Below, one piece after another: positions 36,012 to 43,644 of a stretch of 54,074 nt of DNA. The translations under genes were made by a program, and so were the position numbers. Under the pieces are notes generated by a model. It did no database searches. It was not told the DNA's origin and saw only the letters and a program-made list of their open reading frames with translations. The first letter of the stretch is position 1. Every line of letters starts with the position of its first letter. Source of the DNA: a virus; IMG/VR virus record IMGVR_UViG_3300009783_000001, one strand, 5' to 3'.

Positions 36012-37124
36012 GTGGCTGACACCAAGAAGAAGAAGAAAAAGAAGAAGGGTCGAGTGATTCGGCCCCCTGGGCTCTACGTCGATCCAGATACCGGGCAGAA
36101 GATCTCCACACACAGCATGATCAAGACCTTCCGGCGATGTCCGAAGCAGGCTGAGTACAAGTACGTGGAACGCTTGAAGCCCAAGATCATGGGTCGCCCC
36201 CTTCGACTCGGGACCTGGATGCACCGCCTCGAAGAGGTTCATGCCCTCGGCGGTGACTGGCGGGCTGAGCACGCCAGGATGAAGAAGGACCTCTGGGACA
36301 AGCTGTTCGACGAGGAGAAAGCTGACATCGGCGACCTCCCCGGCGACGCGGAGCGTCTGATGACCTCGTACCTCTGGCACTACAAGGACGATGACTGGAT
36401 CTACCTCGAGTCCGAGTTCGTCCTGGAGTGCACGTTCCCCGATGGCACCCTCTACCGGGCCAAGATCGACAACCTCGTGGAGAACCAGTTCGGGCTCTGG
36501 ATCGTCGACCACAAGTGGCACAAGCGCCTACCGAACCATGGCTACCGCATCCTCGATTCGCAGTCCGGGCTCTACGTCTGGGCTGCGTTGCAGAACGGGC
36601 TGAAGGTGCAGGGTCACATCTGGAACTACGGCCTTTCCAAGCCCCCCACCTGGCCTGCTCAGCTCAAGGGCTCGGGGCTTCCTGCTCGATGGAACCAGGT
36701 GCACACGGACTACCCGACGATGGTTCGCTGGTTCCGGGAGTACTTCGACGGCAAACTGCCCCGGGCCTACGCCGACAAGATGCGGTACCTGAAGTCGATG
36801 AGGTACCAGTTCGGCAAGCCCAACCAGTCGCCCTTCTTCCAGCGAGTCATCCTCGAGCGCTCCGAAGAGATGCTCTACCGAGTCGCTCGAGAAGGCAACC
36901 GCACGAGCCAACGGATGCACTCGTACGACTTCACCGACTCGGATTCGGTCGAGCGAGTCCCAGATCGCTCCTGCACCTTCATGTGCAGTTACACCGACCT
37001 CTGCAGCAATGAGCTCTTCCTGGGCCGCAAGGACGACGCCACTCGACGCGCTCGGTTCAAGCAAGGCGACCCGATGGACTACTACCAAGACGAAGCCAAC
37101 GACCCCGAGAAGGAGAACATCTAA
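36012..37124 (+). CDS. Cas4/RecB-like PD-(D/E)xK exonuclease with Fe-S cysteines
   Basis: N-terminal RCPKQ Cys, IVDHKW (D/ExK), QSGLY (QxxxY), and C-terminal CTFMCSYTDLC. Confidence 0.75.
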   Translation: MADTKKKKKKKKGRVIRPPGLYVDPDTGQKISTHSMIKTFRRCPKQAEYKYVERLKPKIMGRPLRLGTWMHRLEEVHALGGDWRAEHARMKKDLWDKLFDEEKADIGDLPGDAERLMTSYLWHYKDDDWIYLESEFVLECTFPDGTLYRAKIDNLVENQFGLWIVDHKWHKRLPNHGYRILDSQSGLYVWAALQNGLKVQGHIWNYGLSKPPTWPAQLKGSGLPARWNQVHTDYPTMVRWFREYFDGKLPRAYADKMRYLKSMRYQFGKPNQSPFFQRVILERSEEMLYRVAREGNRTSQRMHSYDFTDSDSVERVPDRSCTFMCSYTDLCSNELFLGRKDDATRRARFKQGDPMDYYQDEANDPEKENI

Positions 37125-37252
37125 TGCCCATGGGCGAGATGAGAGACGAAGACACCAAGCCAGACCCCAAGAAGTGCAAGGACATCGAGCACGGCCGGGG
37201 CGCACCCTGCCCCTCATGCGGAGTCACCTCCGGAAGGGATCCGATGGGCTGA
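37124..37252 (+). CDS. small zinc-binding-like protein (42 aa)
   Basis: ATG overlaps the upstream TAA, and its TGA overlaps the downstream ATG. KKCKDIEHGRGAPCPSCG. Confidence 0.4.
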   Translation: MPMGEMRDEDTKPDPKKCKDIEHGRGAPCPSCGVTSGRDPMG

Positions 37253-38031
37253 TGGCTACCGCCAAGAACTACAAGAAGCTGGTCCAGGGTCGCATCACGC
37301 AGCCCTCCAAGTCCCAGAAGAAGCCCCGCATCCTGGTCTACTCCCGCAACAAGAAGGGCAAGACCACCTTCGGGGTTTCAGCTGGTGTGGGCAAGACGCT
37401 GGTGCTGGACCCCGAGCACGGCACCGACGAGATGAAGCAGAAGAACCCTCACGTCTTCCACATCGAGGAGTGGGAGGACATGGATCTTGCCTGGGGGTAC
37501 CTCAAGTCGGGTGACCATCCCTACGAGTGGGTGGTGGTCGACGGGCTCACCAAGATCAACAACCTCGCTCTCAACTACGTGCGGAAGGTCGAGGAGGAGC
37601 GGAACCTCGATCGCCAGCCTGGCATGATCGACCGCCGTGACTACAACAAGTCCGGCGAGCTGATGAAGGCGATGTTGACTAACTTCCAGGCCCTTCAGCT
37701 CGGGGTTATCTACACCGCCCAGGAGCGCATGATGGCACTCAAGGACGAGGAGATCATCGACGAAGACAGCGCCACCGTCTTCTACGTTCCCGACCTGCCT
37801 GCGGGAGTCCGAGGCATGGTCAACGCCTACGTCGACGTCATCGGGCGGCTCTCGGTCGTGCAGGTCGACGACAAGAGGGACATCGACAAGACCAAGGCGC
37901 AACGACGCCTCCAGATCGGTCCACACGAACGGTTCGACACGGGCTACCGCAGCGATTGGGTCCTCCCCGATGTCCTCAAGAACCCGACGGTGCCCAAGCT
38001 CGTGAAGTTGATCCGAGAGGGGGAGCTCTAG
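37252..38031 (+). CDS. Sak4/AAA_24-like RecA-fold ATPase
   Basis: Walker A YSRNKKGKTTFG and Walker B-like WVVVDGL. Sits between the nuclease and the SSB-like gene. Confidence 0.7.
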   Translation: MATAKNYKKLVQGRITQPSKSQKKPRILVYSRNKKGKTTFGVSAGVGKTLVLDPEHGTDEMKQKNPHVFHIEEWEDMDLAWGYLKSGDHPYEWVVVDGLTKINNLALNYVRKVEEERNLDRQPGMIDRRDYNKSGELMKAMLTNFQALQLGVIYTAQERMMALKDEEIIDEDSATVFYVPDLPAGVRGMVNAYVDVIGRLSVVQVDDKRDIDKTKAQRRLQIGPHERFDTGYRSDWVLPDVLKNPTVPKLVKLIREGEL

Positions 38032-38041
38032 AACAAGAGGT

Positions 38042-38070
38042 TTGACACGAGGAAACTCGTGCGATAAGAT
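38042..38070 (+). promoter_or_regulatory. sigma70-like promoter with conserved CAACGAAAGG leader
   Basis: TTGACA (38042-38047), 17 nt, TAAGAT (38065-38070), then TCCAACGAAAGGCAATCCC-ATG. Confidence 0.55.
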
Positions 38071-38101
38071 ACCACCACCGAATCCAACGAAAGGCAATCC
38101 C

Positions 38102-38680
38102 ATGGCCAAGGCCGCAAATCTCGACTTCACCAACGTGAAGGACGGGGGCAACTTCAGCAAGCGACACCAGCCCGCCGGCGACTACCCGGGCACGATCACC
38201 AAGGTGCAGGACGCCAAGGCGAAGTCCGACGGCACGGGGATGTGGCTCTTCACCATCGAGGTGAACGGCGCCACCTACCCGCTGTACTGCAAGTTCCAGG
38301 AGAACCAGCTCTGGAAGATCCGCAACCTCGCCGTCGCCGCCGGCATGAACGTCCCGAAGAAGCGCATCAAGCTCGACCCCAACAAGCTCGTGGGGCGCAG
38401 CATCGGGGTGACGCTCGAGGACGAGGAGTACGAGGGCAAGATGCAGTCGGTGGTCCAGGCGACCTTCCCGACCTCCGAGCTGGGTGACAGCCCCATCGCC
38501 GATGACGACGATGACGACGACGAACCCCCCACCTCCTCGAAGAAGAAGGGCAAGGGCAAGAAGGCCGCCGCCGTGGAGGAAGTCCCCGACGACGAGGGTT
38601 CGGCGAAGAAGTCGAAGAAGGGCAAGAAGAAGGCTGCCTCGGCCGACGAGCTCGACGAGCTCGACGTCGACAGCATCTGA
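38102..38680 (+). CDS. DUF669-like ssDNA-binding protein with Lys-rich/acidic tail (putative)
   Basis: 192 aa. N-terminal OB-like region (LPAGDYPGTITKVQDAKAKSDGTGMWLFTIEV). C-terminus DDDDDDDEPP...KKGKGKK...DELDELDVDSI. Confidence 0.55.
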   Translation: MAKAANLDFTNVKDGGNFSKRHQPAGDYPGTITKVQDAKAKSDGTGMWLFTIEVNGATYPLYCKFQENQLWKIRNLAVAAGMNVPKKRIKLDPNKLVGRSIGVTLEDEEYEGKMQSVVQATFPTSELGDSPIADDDDDDDEPPTSSKKKGKGKKAAAVEEVPDDEGSAKKSKKGKKKAASADELDELDVDSI

Positions 38681-38716
38681 CCCTCACGATCACCGGCCCC
38701 CTGGTCGGTTGAGCGG

Positions 38717-38756
38717 GGCACCCGGTAACGCCATTCCGGGTGCCTCGCTCGTGTTA
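38717..38756 (+). terminator. intrinsic terminator-like hairpin after the SSB-like gene
   Basis: GGCACCCGG-N10-CCGGGTGCC followed by TCGCTCGTGTT. Confidence 0.5.
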
Positions 38757-38769
38757 GGAAGGGAAGTTC

Positions 38770-39054
38770 ATGGCGCAACGCGAGAGTAAGAAAAGCCGAG
38801 AGATCATGAGGGCACTCGAGGCAGAAGGGGCCTTCTGTTTCAAGATTCACGGGGGCGCCAGCATGATGGCAGGGCTGCCCGACATCATCTGTTGTCACCG
38901 TGGGCGCTTCTACGGCTTCGAGACCAAGATGCCCGGCGGCAAGCCCAGCAAGATTCAGCTCTTCATCCACCGCAAGATCCGAGCGGCTGGCGGTATCTGC
39001 GAGGTGGTTCTCACCCCGGCAGACGCGCTGGCGCTCCTCGTGCACGACGCATAG
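38770..39054 (+). CDS. VRR-NUC domain nuclease
   Basis: GLPDIIC...FYGFETK (PD...ExK) in a 94-aa protein. Confidence 0.7.
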   Translation: MAQRESKKSREIMRALEAEGAFCFKIHGGASMMAGLPDIICCHRGRFYGFETKMPGGKPSKIQLFIHRKIRAAGGICEVVLTPADALALLVHDA

Positions 39055-39110
39055 AATCAGAGCTGCGGGGATTTGACTCCAGCTTGTGCTTCCGACCCGT
39101 CCGGTGCTTC
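39052..39110. repeat. ATCAGAGCTGC element, copy 1
   Basis: TAGA-ATCAGAGCTGC(39056-39066)-N..-CCAGCTTGT. Related copies at 48509-48590 and 49301-49385. Confidence 0.55.
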
Positions 39111-39261
39111 CCCATGCAAGCCGGGTCCCTGATGCTCCCCATCGTCACGGGTTGAGCTGATGATGCATTATGCATGACAGGGGTGACCAGCTTCCTAGGG
39201 ACGCAATGGGAGCCCTCTCATTTGATCTCCTGATGCGATCATCGCTCGCAATGCAGCGGTC

Positions 39262-39296
39262 GATACACACCAAGGAGCCCCATCGTTGCCGATGGG
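39262..39296 (-). terminator. intrinsic terminator of the leftward operon ending with GNAT
   Basis: Minus strand: CCCATCG-gcaa-CGATGGGG followed by CTCCTTGGTGTGT. Confidence 0.55.
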
Positions 39297-39313
39297 ACCC
39301 TAAGGGGACTACC

Positions 39314-39667
39314 TCAGTGCGGCAGGGGTGTGCGGACCCAGCAGGGGTAAACCTGACTGGGCTTAGTCTCTGGAATCGGCAGTTCGACGAACTGGAAGCC
39401 ATGCGCCGAATACCAATGCTCGAGCTTCTCGTTCGACAGCGGACCACTGGAGCTGATCTCGAGCCCGAGGGTTACCCCCTCATCATCAGCAGCATCGCAG
39501 ATCTGTCGGAGCAGTTGCGATCCCACACCCTTCCCTCGTTGGCTCTCGGCCACGTTGATGCGACTGATCCATGTAACGCCAGGAAGCCCCACCAGCGCAC
39601 CGTCGAAGGTGTCAGCGATGGAGTTGTCCCGGGCGGTTGGACCGAGGATGATGTAGTAGGACTGCAT
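39314..39667 (-). CDS. GNAT-family N-acetyltransferase (minimal, 117 aa)
   Basis: Acetyl-CoA motif A ESQRGKGVGSQLL. ATG 39667 overlaps the upstream stop (ATGA). Confidence 0.7.
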   Translation of the reverse strand: MQSYYIILGPTARDNSIADTFDGALVGLPGVTWISRINVAESQRGKGVGSQLLRQICDAADDEGVTLGLEISSSGPLSNEKLEHWYSAHGFQFVELPIPETKPSQVYPCWVRTPLPH

Positions 39668-39970
39668 CAGACATCGGGGAGGGTGTGGGTCTTGCGGTAG
39701 TTCTTGGCCCATACCTTGTTCTTCGGGCGTCGAGAGATGATGCGCCAGTTCCAGTGCTCAGCCCAGTAGTCGAACTCGGTGATGACCTTGACCCGGCCTC
39801 CCGGCTGGTAGACGAGAATCGAGCGCGTCATCCCGCGTCCAACCTTGAGGACCAGAGCCTTGACGGCCTTCGGGTCTTCATCCTTGTCACGGAAGTTGCC
39901 CATGAGGAGGATGTCCCCAGCGTGTGGGTGGGCGATGTCGTAGTTGGGTGAGAGGGCAGCAGGGGTCATG
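39667..39970 (-). CDS. hypothetical protein (100 aa; alternative start 40005)
   Basis: ATG 39970 overlaps the stop of the upstream micro-ORF (ATGA), consistent with the coupling pattern of this operon. Confidence 0.5.
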
Positions 39971-40106
39971 ACCAGGTTCCAATCGCCCGGCCCATACCTT
40001 CGCATGGGGTTCCGTCTTCCTTGTTGAAGTGAGGTGCGGTTTCCTCGTTGTCGTCGAGCGTCTCGACGAAGGTTTCCCCGCATTGTGTGCACTTGTACTC
40101 TTGCAT
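39966..40106 (-). CDS. zinc-ribbon micro-protein (46 aa)
   Basis: MQEYKCTQCGETF...GTPCEG. ATG overlaps the upstream TGA within a 17-nt repeated junction. Confidence 0.4.
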   Translation of the reverse strand: MQEYKCTQCGETFVETLDDNEETAPHFNKEDGTPCEGMGRAIGTWS

Positions 40107-40246
40107 CAGATCATGTCCTCCACTTGGAACATGTGCAAGTTGTTGGTGGTTTCTTCACAGACTTCGTCGTCGGTGTCGATGGTGACTATCTCGTTGGAGG
40201 CAGTCTTGCGGACGTTGTGACCGCAGGCTGGGCAGTAAGCGTTCAT
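40106..40246 (-). CDS. zinc-ribbon micro-protein (46 aa)
   Basis: MNAYCPACGHN...DEVCEE...VEDMI. Both ends use the repeated GAGGACATGATCTGATG junction. Confidence 0.45.
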   Translation of the reverse strand: MNAYCPACGHNVRKTASNEIVTIDTDDEVCEETTNNLHMFQVEDMI

Positions 40247-40533
40247 CAGATCATGTCCTCGATGTCGTCGGAGCCGATGGGGGCGGATGCGGTCAGGATC
40301 TTCATCGCCCGTGCCTCGATCAGCATCTTCAGCGATTCCATGAAGTCCGAATCCTCGTCGCAATCCTCGATGTCGAGACGCATCGGGATGATGAGCAGGT
40401 TCTTGATGTTCTCGTTGTGTGCGAGATCATCGGTGAAGAAGGTGTCGATGGCGTTGGCGAGTCCCTCGACCGCAGCTTCGGCGATCACCTCGCAAGCGTT
40501 GGCGATCTCGTGGTTCATCATTCCATCCCTCAT
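40246..40533 (-). CDS. hypothetical acidic protein (95 aa)
   Basis: ATG 40533 preceded by a CAACGAAAGGCAAAGGC leader and a promoter. Ends ...IEDMI. Confidence 0.55.
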   Translation of the reverse strand: MRDGMMNHEIANACEVIAEAAVEGLANAIDTFFTDDLAHNENIKNLLIIPMRLDIEDCDEDSDFMESLKMLIEARAMKILTASAPIGSDDIEDMI

Positions 40534-40562
40534 GCCTTTGCCTTTCGTTGGTTGATAGGGCA

Positions 40563-40610
40563 AGTTTACCATGACTTGTTGACCCTGTCAATAGCAGGTG
40601 CGGACTTCCT
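40563..40610 (-). promoter_or_regulatory. leftward promoter with GGAAGTCCGCACC upstream element
   Basis: Minus strand: GGAAGTCCGCACCTGCTA-TTGACA-N18-TAAACT-tgcc-CTATCAACCAACGAAAGG. Confidence 0.6.
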
Positions 40611-40704
40611 TCCGTGGCAGTCCCTAGGAAGGCTGAATCATCGAGCGGCATGCCCCCTTGCGAGCATCCGGAGCATCCTAGGGACGACTCCAGGCATGCG
40701 CTAC

Positions 40705-40747
40705 GCACACACCAAAGGAGCCCCCCGATTGCAATTCAGGGGGCTCC
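40705..40747 (-). terminator. intrinsic terminator after 40765-41160
   Basis: Minus strand: GGAGCCCCC-N12-GGGGGCTCC followed by TTTGGTGTGTG. Confidence 0.6.
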
Positions 40748-40764
40748 TCGGTCCCGAGGGAGGG

Positions 40765-41160
40765 CTAGGCCAGAGTGCGGTTGGTCTCTGGATCGATGTT
40801 GTAGAGGGCGGCGAGTCGCTTGATCTGACCCTCGGTCAACCCGTAGGGGTCGCCGTTGCCGTTGACCTTGTACCGGGTCACGATGACCGCACCGGCGAGC
40901 TGGTCTCGGTTGCAGAGGGCGAGCGAGTAGGGGTTGGGTTCCAGTCCCTTCAGCTTGCCGTCCTCGTCGCACCAGAGGATCAGATCGGTGTCGGGCTCTG
41001 CCACCCGTTCGCACCACTGGAACCCGATCTCGGTGTTCGAGCCAGAGGCGGAGCGGATGTCGTCGAGGTCGACCCAGAGGTCGTCACGCATGACCTCGAT
41101 GAACTCGGGGGTTGCGCCCGTGCGTTCGGGCCGGCAGGGGAGGCGGAGGATGACGGGCAT
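40765..41160 (-). CDS. hypothetical protein (DUF3846-like, tentative)
   Basis: 131 aa. ...LILWCDEDGKLKGLEPNPYS...AGAVIV pattern. ATGA-coupled to the upstream gene. Confidence 0.5.
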   Translation of the reverse strand: MPVILRLPCRPERTGATPEFIEVMRDDLWVDLDDIRSASGSNTEIGFQWCERVAEPDTDLILWCDEDGKLKGLEPNPYSLALCNRDQLAGAVIVTRYKVNGNGDPYGLTEGQIKRLAALYNIDPETNRTLA

Positions 41161-42017
41161 CAGGCCTCCTCGTCCAGGTCCAGCTCGATGTCGAGGAGGT
41201 CGATGTCGTCGGGGCCCTCGAGATCGTCGAGGTCGACTTCCACCACGTCGTCGGCTTCCGCCTCGTCGAGAGCGTCGTTCACGGTCTCGATGAACTCCTC
41301 GACGTCATCGGCGATCTCGTCGGGGGCGTCGGTCTTCTTCTTCGAGCCGGCGGACCATGCGGTGAATGCCTTCTTCACCTTCTTCATGTCCTTCTTCGAG
41401 ATGCCGTACCGGCCTCCCTGACCCACCGGGTCGATCGGTGACTTCCCCGATCGGAAGAACTTGCGGAGGGTTCGAGCATCCGTGCCCAGCTCCCTCGCAG
41501 CTTCCTTGGCGGAGAGCTTTTCTTCTGTAGCCATGTCCTGTTCCTTTTCCTCGGGTGTGAGGGCGTCGCCCTCGGTTGATAAAGGCATTGTATCTGAATC
41601 GCCAACCCCTGTCAACGGCAGGTCATGACTTCCTACCGGCCGGTCAGGGTGATTGCGGTCGATTCCCCATTCCTCGGGCTTCTGCGCACTTTTCCGAGGA
41701 CAGTCGCAATCCTTGCGGAGCTCGCCGCACTGTTTGCACTTGAGCTTGTCTTTGGGGACTCTCACGCGTCGGGGCTTGGGTGGGGGTGTCAGAACCAGGA
41801 GGCCACGATCCAGCTTGTACTGGAGGTCATCGCCATTCCACACCTCGGGCTCACCCTCTTCCCACTGGATTGTGACTCGACGGCCCGTGTGGTCGATCAC
41901 TCGTCCCATCATCACCGGGCCATAGTCGGGGCCCAGTGGACTGACTGAGAGGGCGACGAGAGTGTTGAGCTTCTGCTTCGGCAACGTGTAACCGGCGCCC
42001 TGCGACTTCCGGTTCAT
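41160..42017 (-). CDS. HTH(excisionase-like)/acidic-tail protein; long form from ATG 42017, short form from ATG 41534
   Basis: C-terminal 124 aa: LSAKEAARELGTDARTLRKFFRS...GQGGRYGI...FTAW plus an acidic tail. A full promoter lies in-frame inside the ORF at 41587-41633. Confidence 0.5.
   Translation of the reverse strand: MNRKSQGAGYTLPKQKLNTLVALSVSPLGPDYGPVMMGRVIDHTGRRVTIQWEEGEPEVWNGDDLQYKLDRGLLVLTPPPKPRRVRVPKDKLKCKQCGELRKDCDCPRKSAQKPEEWGIDRNHPDRPVGSHDLPLTGVGDSDTMPLSTEGDALTPEEKEQDMATEEKLSAKEAARELGTDARTLRKFFRSGKSPIDPVGQGGRYGISKKDMKKVKKAFTAWSAGSKKKTDAPDEIADDVEEFIETVNDALDEAEADDVVEVDLDDLEGPDDIDLLDIELDLDEEA
41587..41633 (-). promoter_or_regulatory. leftward promoter (internal to ORF 41160-42017)
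   Basis: Minus strand: GGAAGTCATGACCTGCCG-TTGACA-N17-TACAAT-gcct-TTATCAACC. Confidence 0.55.
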
Positions 42018-42039
42018 CTCCGCAATCTTTTGTGAAAGA

Positions 42040-42483
42040 TCACGGTGACTTGATCGACTCACGCAGCACCTCCCATCGTCCCCCGATAGACTCTTGGCGT
42101 CCTCGTAGTGAACCAGCTCGCAGTTTGCGTCGCACGTTCTTGGCGTCGGTACCGAGCAGGTTCGCAGCGATCGCCACCGAGACGAACTCCCCGTCCTCAT
42201 CGGGGTTGGTGTAGAGGCCGGTGATGGTGTCTTGCACAACCTCAGGAGCCTTGCCGTCGATCGGCACCAGCTGGTAATCCGTTCGCCCAGACTTCCAGTC
42301 GCAGAAGTACTGTCGTGCGTCGGGGATCACGGTGGGTCGGGCGAACCCGTCGAAGAGGGCGGTCATGCTGGCTCCCTTGACCTTGACGATCGTCCCTCGT
42401 CGAACGAAGGAGGGAGTGACCCAGCGAACCCTCATGCCGGTCACGAGCTGCGACCAGACGAGGTCGGGAAGTTCGGTATCCAT
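42040..42483 (-). CDS. SH3/Tudor-like plus C-terminal HTH (excisionase-like) protein
   Basis: 147 aa. GMRVRWV...GTIVKVKG, then VSVAIAANLLGTDAKNVRRKLRAGSLRG...IGGRWEV. Confidence 0.55.
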   Translation of the reverse strand: MDTELPDLVWSQLVTGMRVRWVTPSFVRRGTIVKVKGASMTALFDGFARPTVIPDARQYFCDWKSGRTDYQLVPIDGKAPEVVQDTITGLYTNPDEDGEFVSVAIAANLLGTDAKNVRRKLRAGSLRGRQESIGGRWEVLRESIKSP

Positions 42484-42695
42484 CAGTCCTCGAATCGAAT
42501 CATCTGGGCGGAGGCGATCACGATGGCGTCGAAGGCACCGATCCCGATCTCGACGATGTCGTAGTCCTGTTCGGCGAAGTCGTTGAGCACGGCTTCGAGA
42601 CGGGCGGCGAAGGTCTCGTGAGAACCTTCGGTGCCCTTGAGATCCCGGATCACCCGGCGTACTTGGAAGGTGGTCTGCGTGACCTGTGTGGTCAT
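42483..42695 (-). CDS. hypothetical protein (70 aa)
   Basis: ATG 42695 overlaps the upstream TGA. Confidence 0.45.
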   Translation of the reverse strand: MTTQVTQTTFQVRRVIRDLKGTEGSHETFAARLEAVLNDFAEQDYDIVEIGIGAFDAIVIASAQMIRFED

Positions 42696-43030
42696 GATTG
42701 CCCCAGTTCGGAGAGGTCGTCGGGGGCGTGGATGGGTTCGAGGCAGGTGATGGGGTAGGTGATGCCCGTGCGGTACTTGCCCCGGAAGGACGGGCCGTCG
42801 ATGATGTTGCAAACCGCCTTGGTCTGCTTGATCTCGGTCACCTCGACGGTCGCTCCCAGCATGTACTGCGGCCGGCAGTTGACCAGCTTGCAGAGCGAGC
42901 CGACTTCGAGTTCGCCCTTGATGCGGATGGCGGCCTGTCGCCGTCGCAACTTGATCTCGTCGACGATGCGGCGGTTCAGTTTGAGCAAATCCTCGTCGGA
43001 GGCGCTCCGGATGTAATCGCTCATCTTCAT
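42692..43030 (-). CDS. hypothetical protein (112 aa)
   Basis: ATG 43030 preceded by a CAACGAAAGGCAATGCC leader and a promoter. Confidence 0.55.
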   Translation of the reverse strand: MKMSDYIRSASDEDLLKLNRRIVDEIKLRRRQAAIRIKGELEVGSLCKLVNCRPQYMLGATVEVTEIKQTKAVCNIIDGPSFRGKYRTGITYPITCLEPIHAPDDLSELGQS

Positions 43031-43059
43031 GGCATTGCCTTTCGTTGGTTGATAGCACC

Positions 43060-43106
43060 ATTATGCCACAACCGTAGCTCCGCGTCAATAGCCGGTGCGG
43101 ACTTCC
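43060..43106 (-). promoter_or_regulatory. leftward promoter with GGAAGTCCGCACC upstream element
   Basis: Minus strand: GGAAGTCCGCACCGGCTA-TTGACG-N17-CATAAT-ggtg-CTATCAACCAACGAAAGG. Confidence 0.6.
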
Positions 43107-43330
43107 TACCCAGTTGTTCCCAGGTAGAGGCAGAGTGCGATTACTGCGAGAGCGAGAATGGCCGCTCCGAGGATGAAGTCGTGCTGCCGATCGGAGAAGT
43201 AGGGCAGGGTCACGGTCTTGTGACAGGACCAGCACCCGATCTCCCCGACCTCCACATCCTCTTCGTACCCGATGTTCGCTTGACCGCAGTTCGGGCAGTA
43301 AACGGTCCAGGTCGGGTCACCCATACTCAT
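43106..43330 (-). CDS. membrane-anchored zinc-ribbon protein (74 aa)
   Basis: CPNCG...CWSCH followed by the C-terminal TM segment FILGAAILALAVIALCLYL. Confidence 0.5.
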   Translation of the reverse strand: MSMGDPTWTVYCPNCGQANIGYEEDVEVGEIGCWSCHKTVTLPYFSDRQHDFILGAAILALAVIALCLYLGTTG

Positions 43331-43532
43331 CCCCGATCTTCTCCATGCGGTCTACGAGGTCCTCGCCCAGGCAGGGCATTTCCTTCGCTTCTTCCAAGCC
43401 GGCGTTGCAGACGAAGCAGCCGTACTGGATCTGTTCGATGCCCTCGGGGTCGACGACGGGCGAGCCGTCGATCAGAACGATGGGTGTGATGATGATCTGG
43501 GCGAGCTTGTGCTCACCGGTCTGGGGACTCAT
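43317..43532 (-). CDS. hypothetical protein (71 aa)
   Basis: ORF in the operon, overlapping its neighbours by a few codons. Confidence 0.45.
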   Translation of the reverse strand: MSPQTGEHKLAQIIITPIVLIDGSPVVDPEGIEQIQYGCFVCNAGLEEAKEMPCLGEDLVDRMEKIGDEYG

Positions 43533-43644
43533 GGGGCTCCTCGGGTGGTTGGTAGGACGGGTGCTTCTTGCGGGCTTCCTCGTAGATGGCGAGGACTTTC
43601 TGGCGTTGCGCTTCTCTGAAGGCGTCGAGGTCTACCACTTCCAT
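43513..43644 (-). CDS. hypothetical micro-protein (43 aa)
   Basis: MEVVDLDAFREAQRQKVLAIYEEARKK... fills the gap between 43532 and 43632. Weak call. Confidence 0.3.
   Translation of the reverse strand: MEVVDLDAFREAQRQKVLAIYEEARKKHPSYQPPEEPHESPDR

Noticed and set aside
39170-39700. 176-aa + strand ORF
   Set aside because: It is antisense to the GNAT gene, which has the acetyl-CoA motif. Its 5' part covers the convergent terminator region.
42018-42239. Further upstream extension of ORF 41160-42239
   Set aside because: It would overlap the well-formed gene 42040-42483 by 200 nt on the same strand, and the translation there is Ser/Arg/Cys/Thr-rich and low-complexity.
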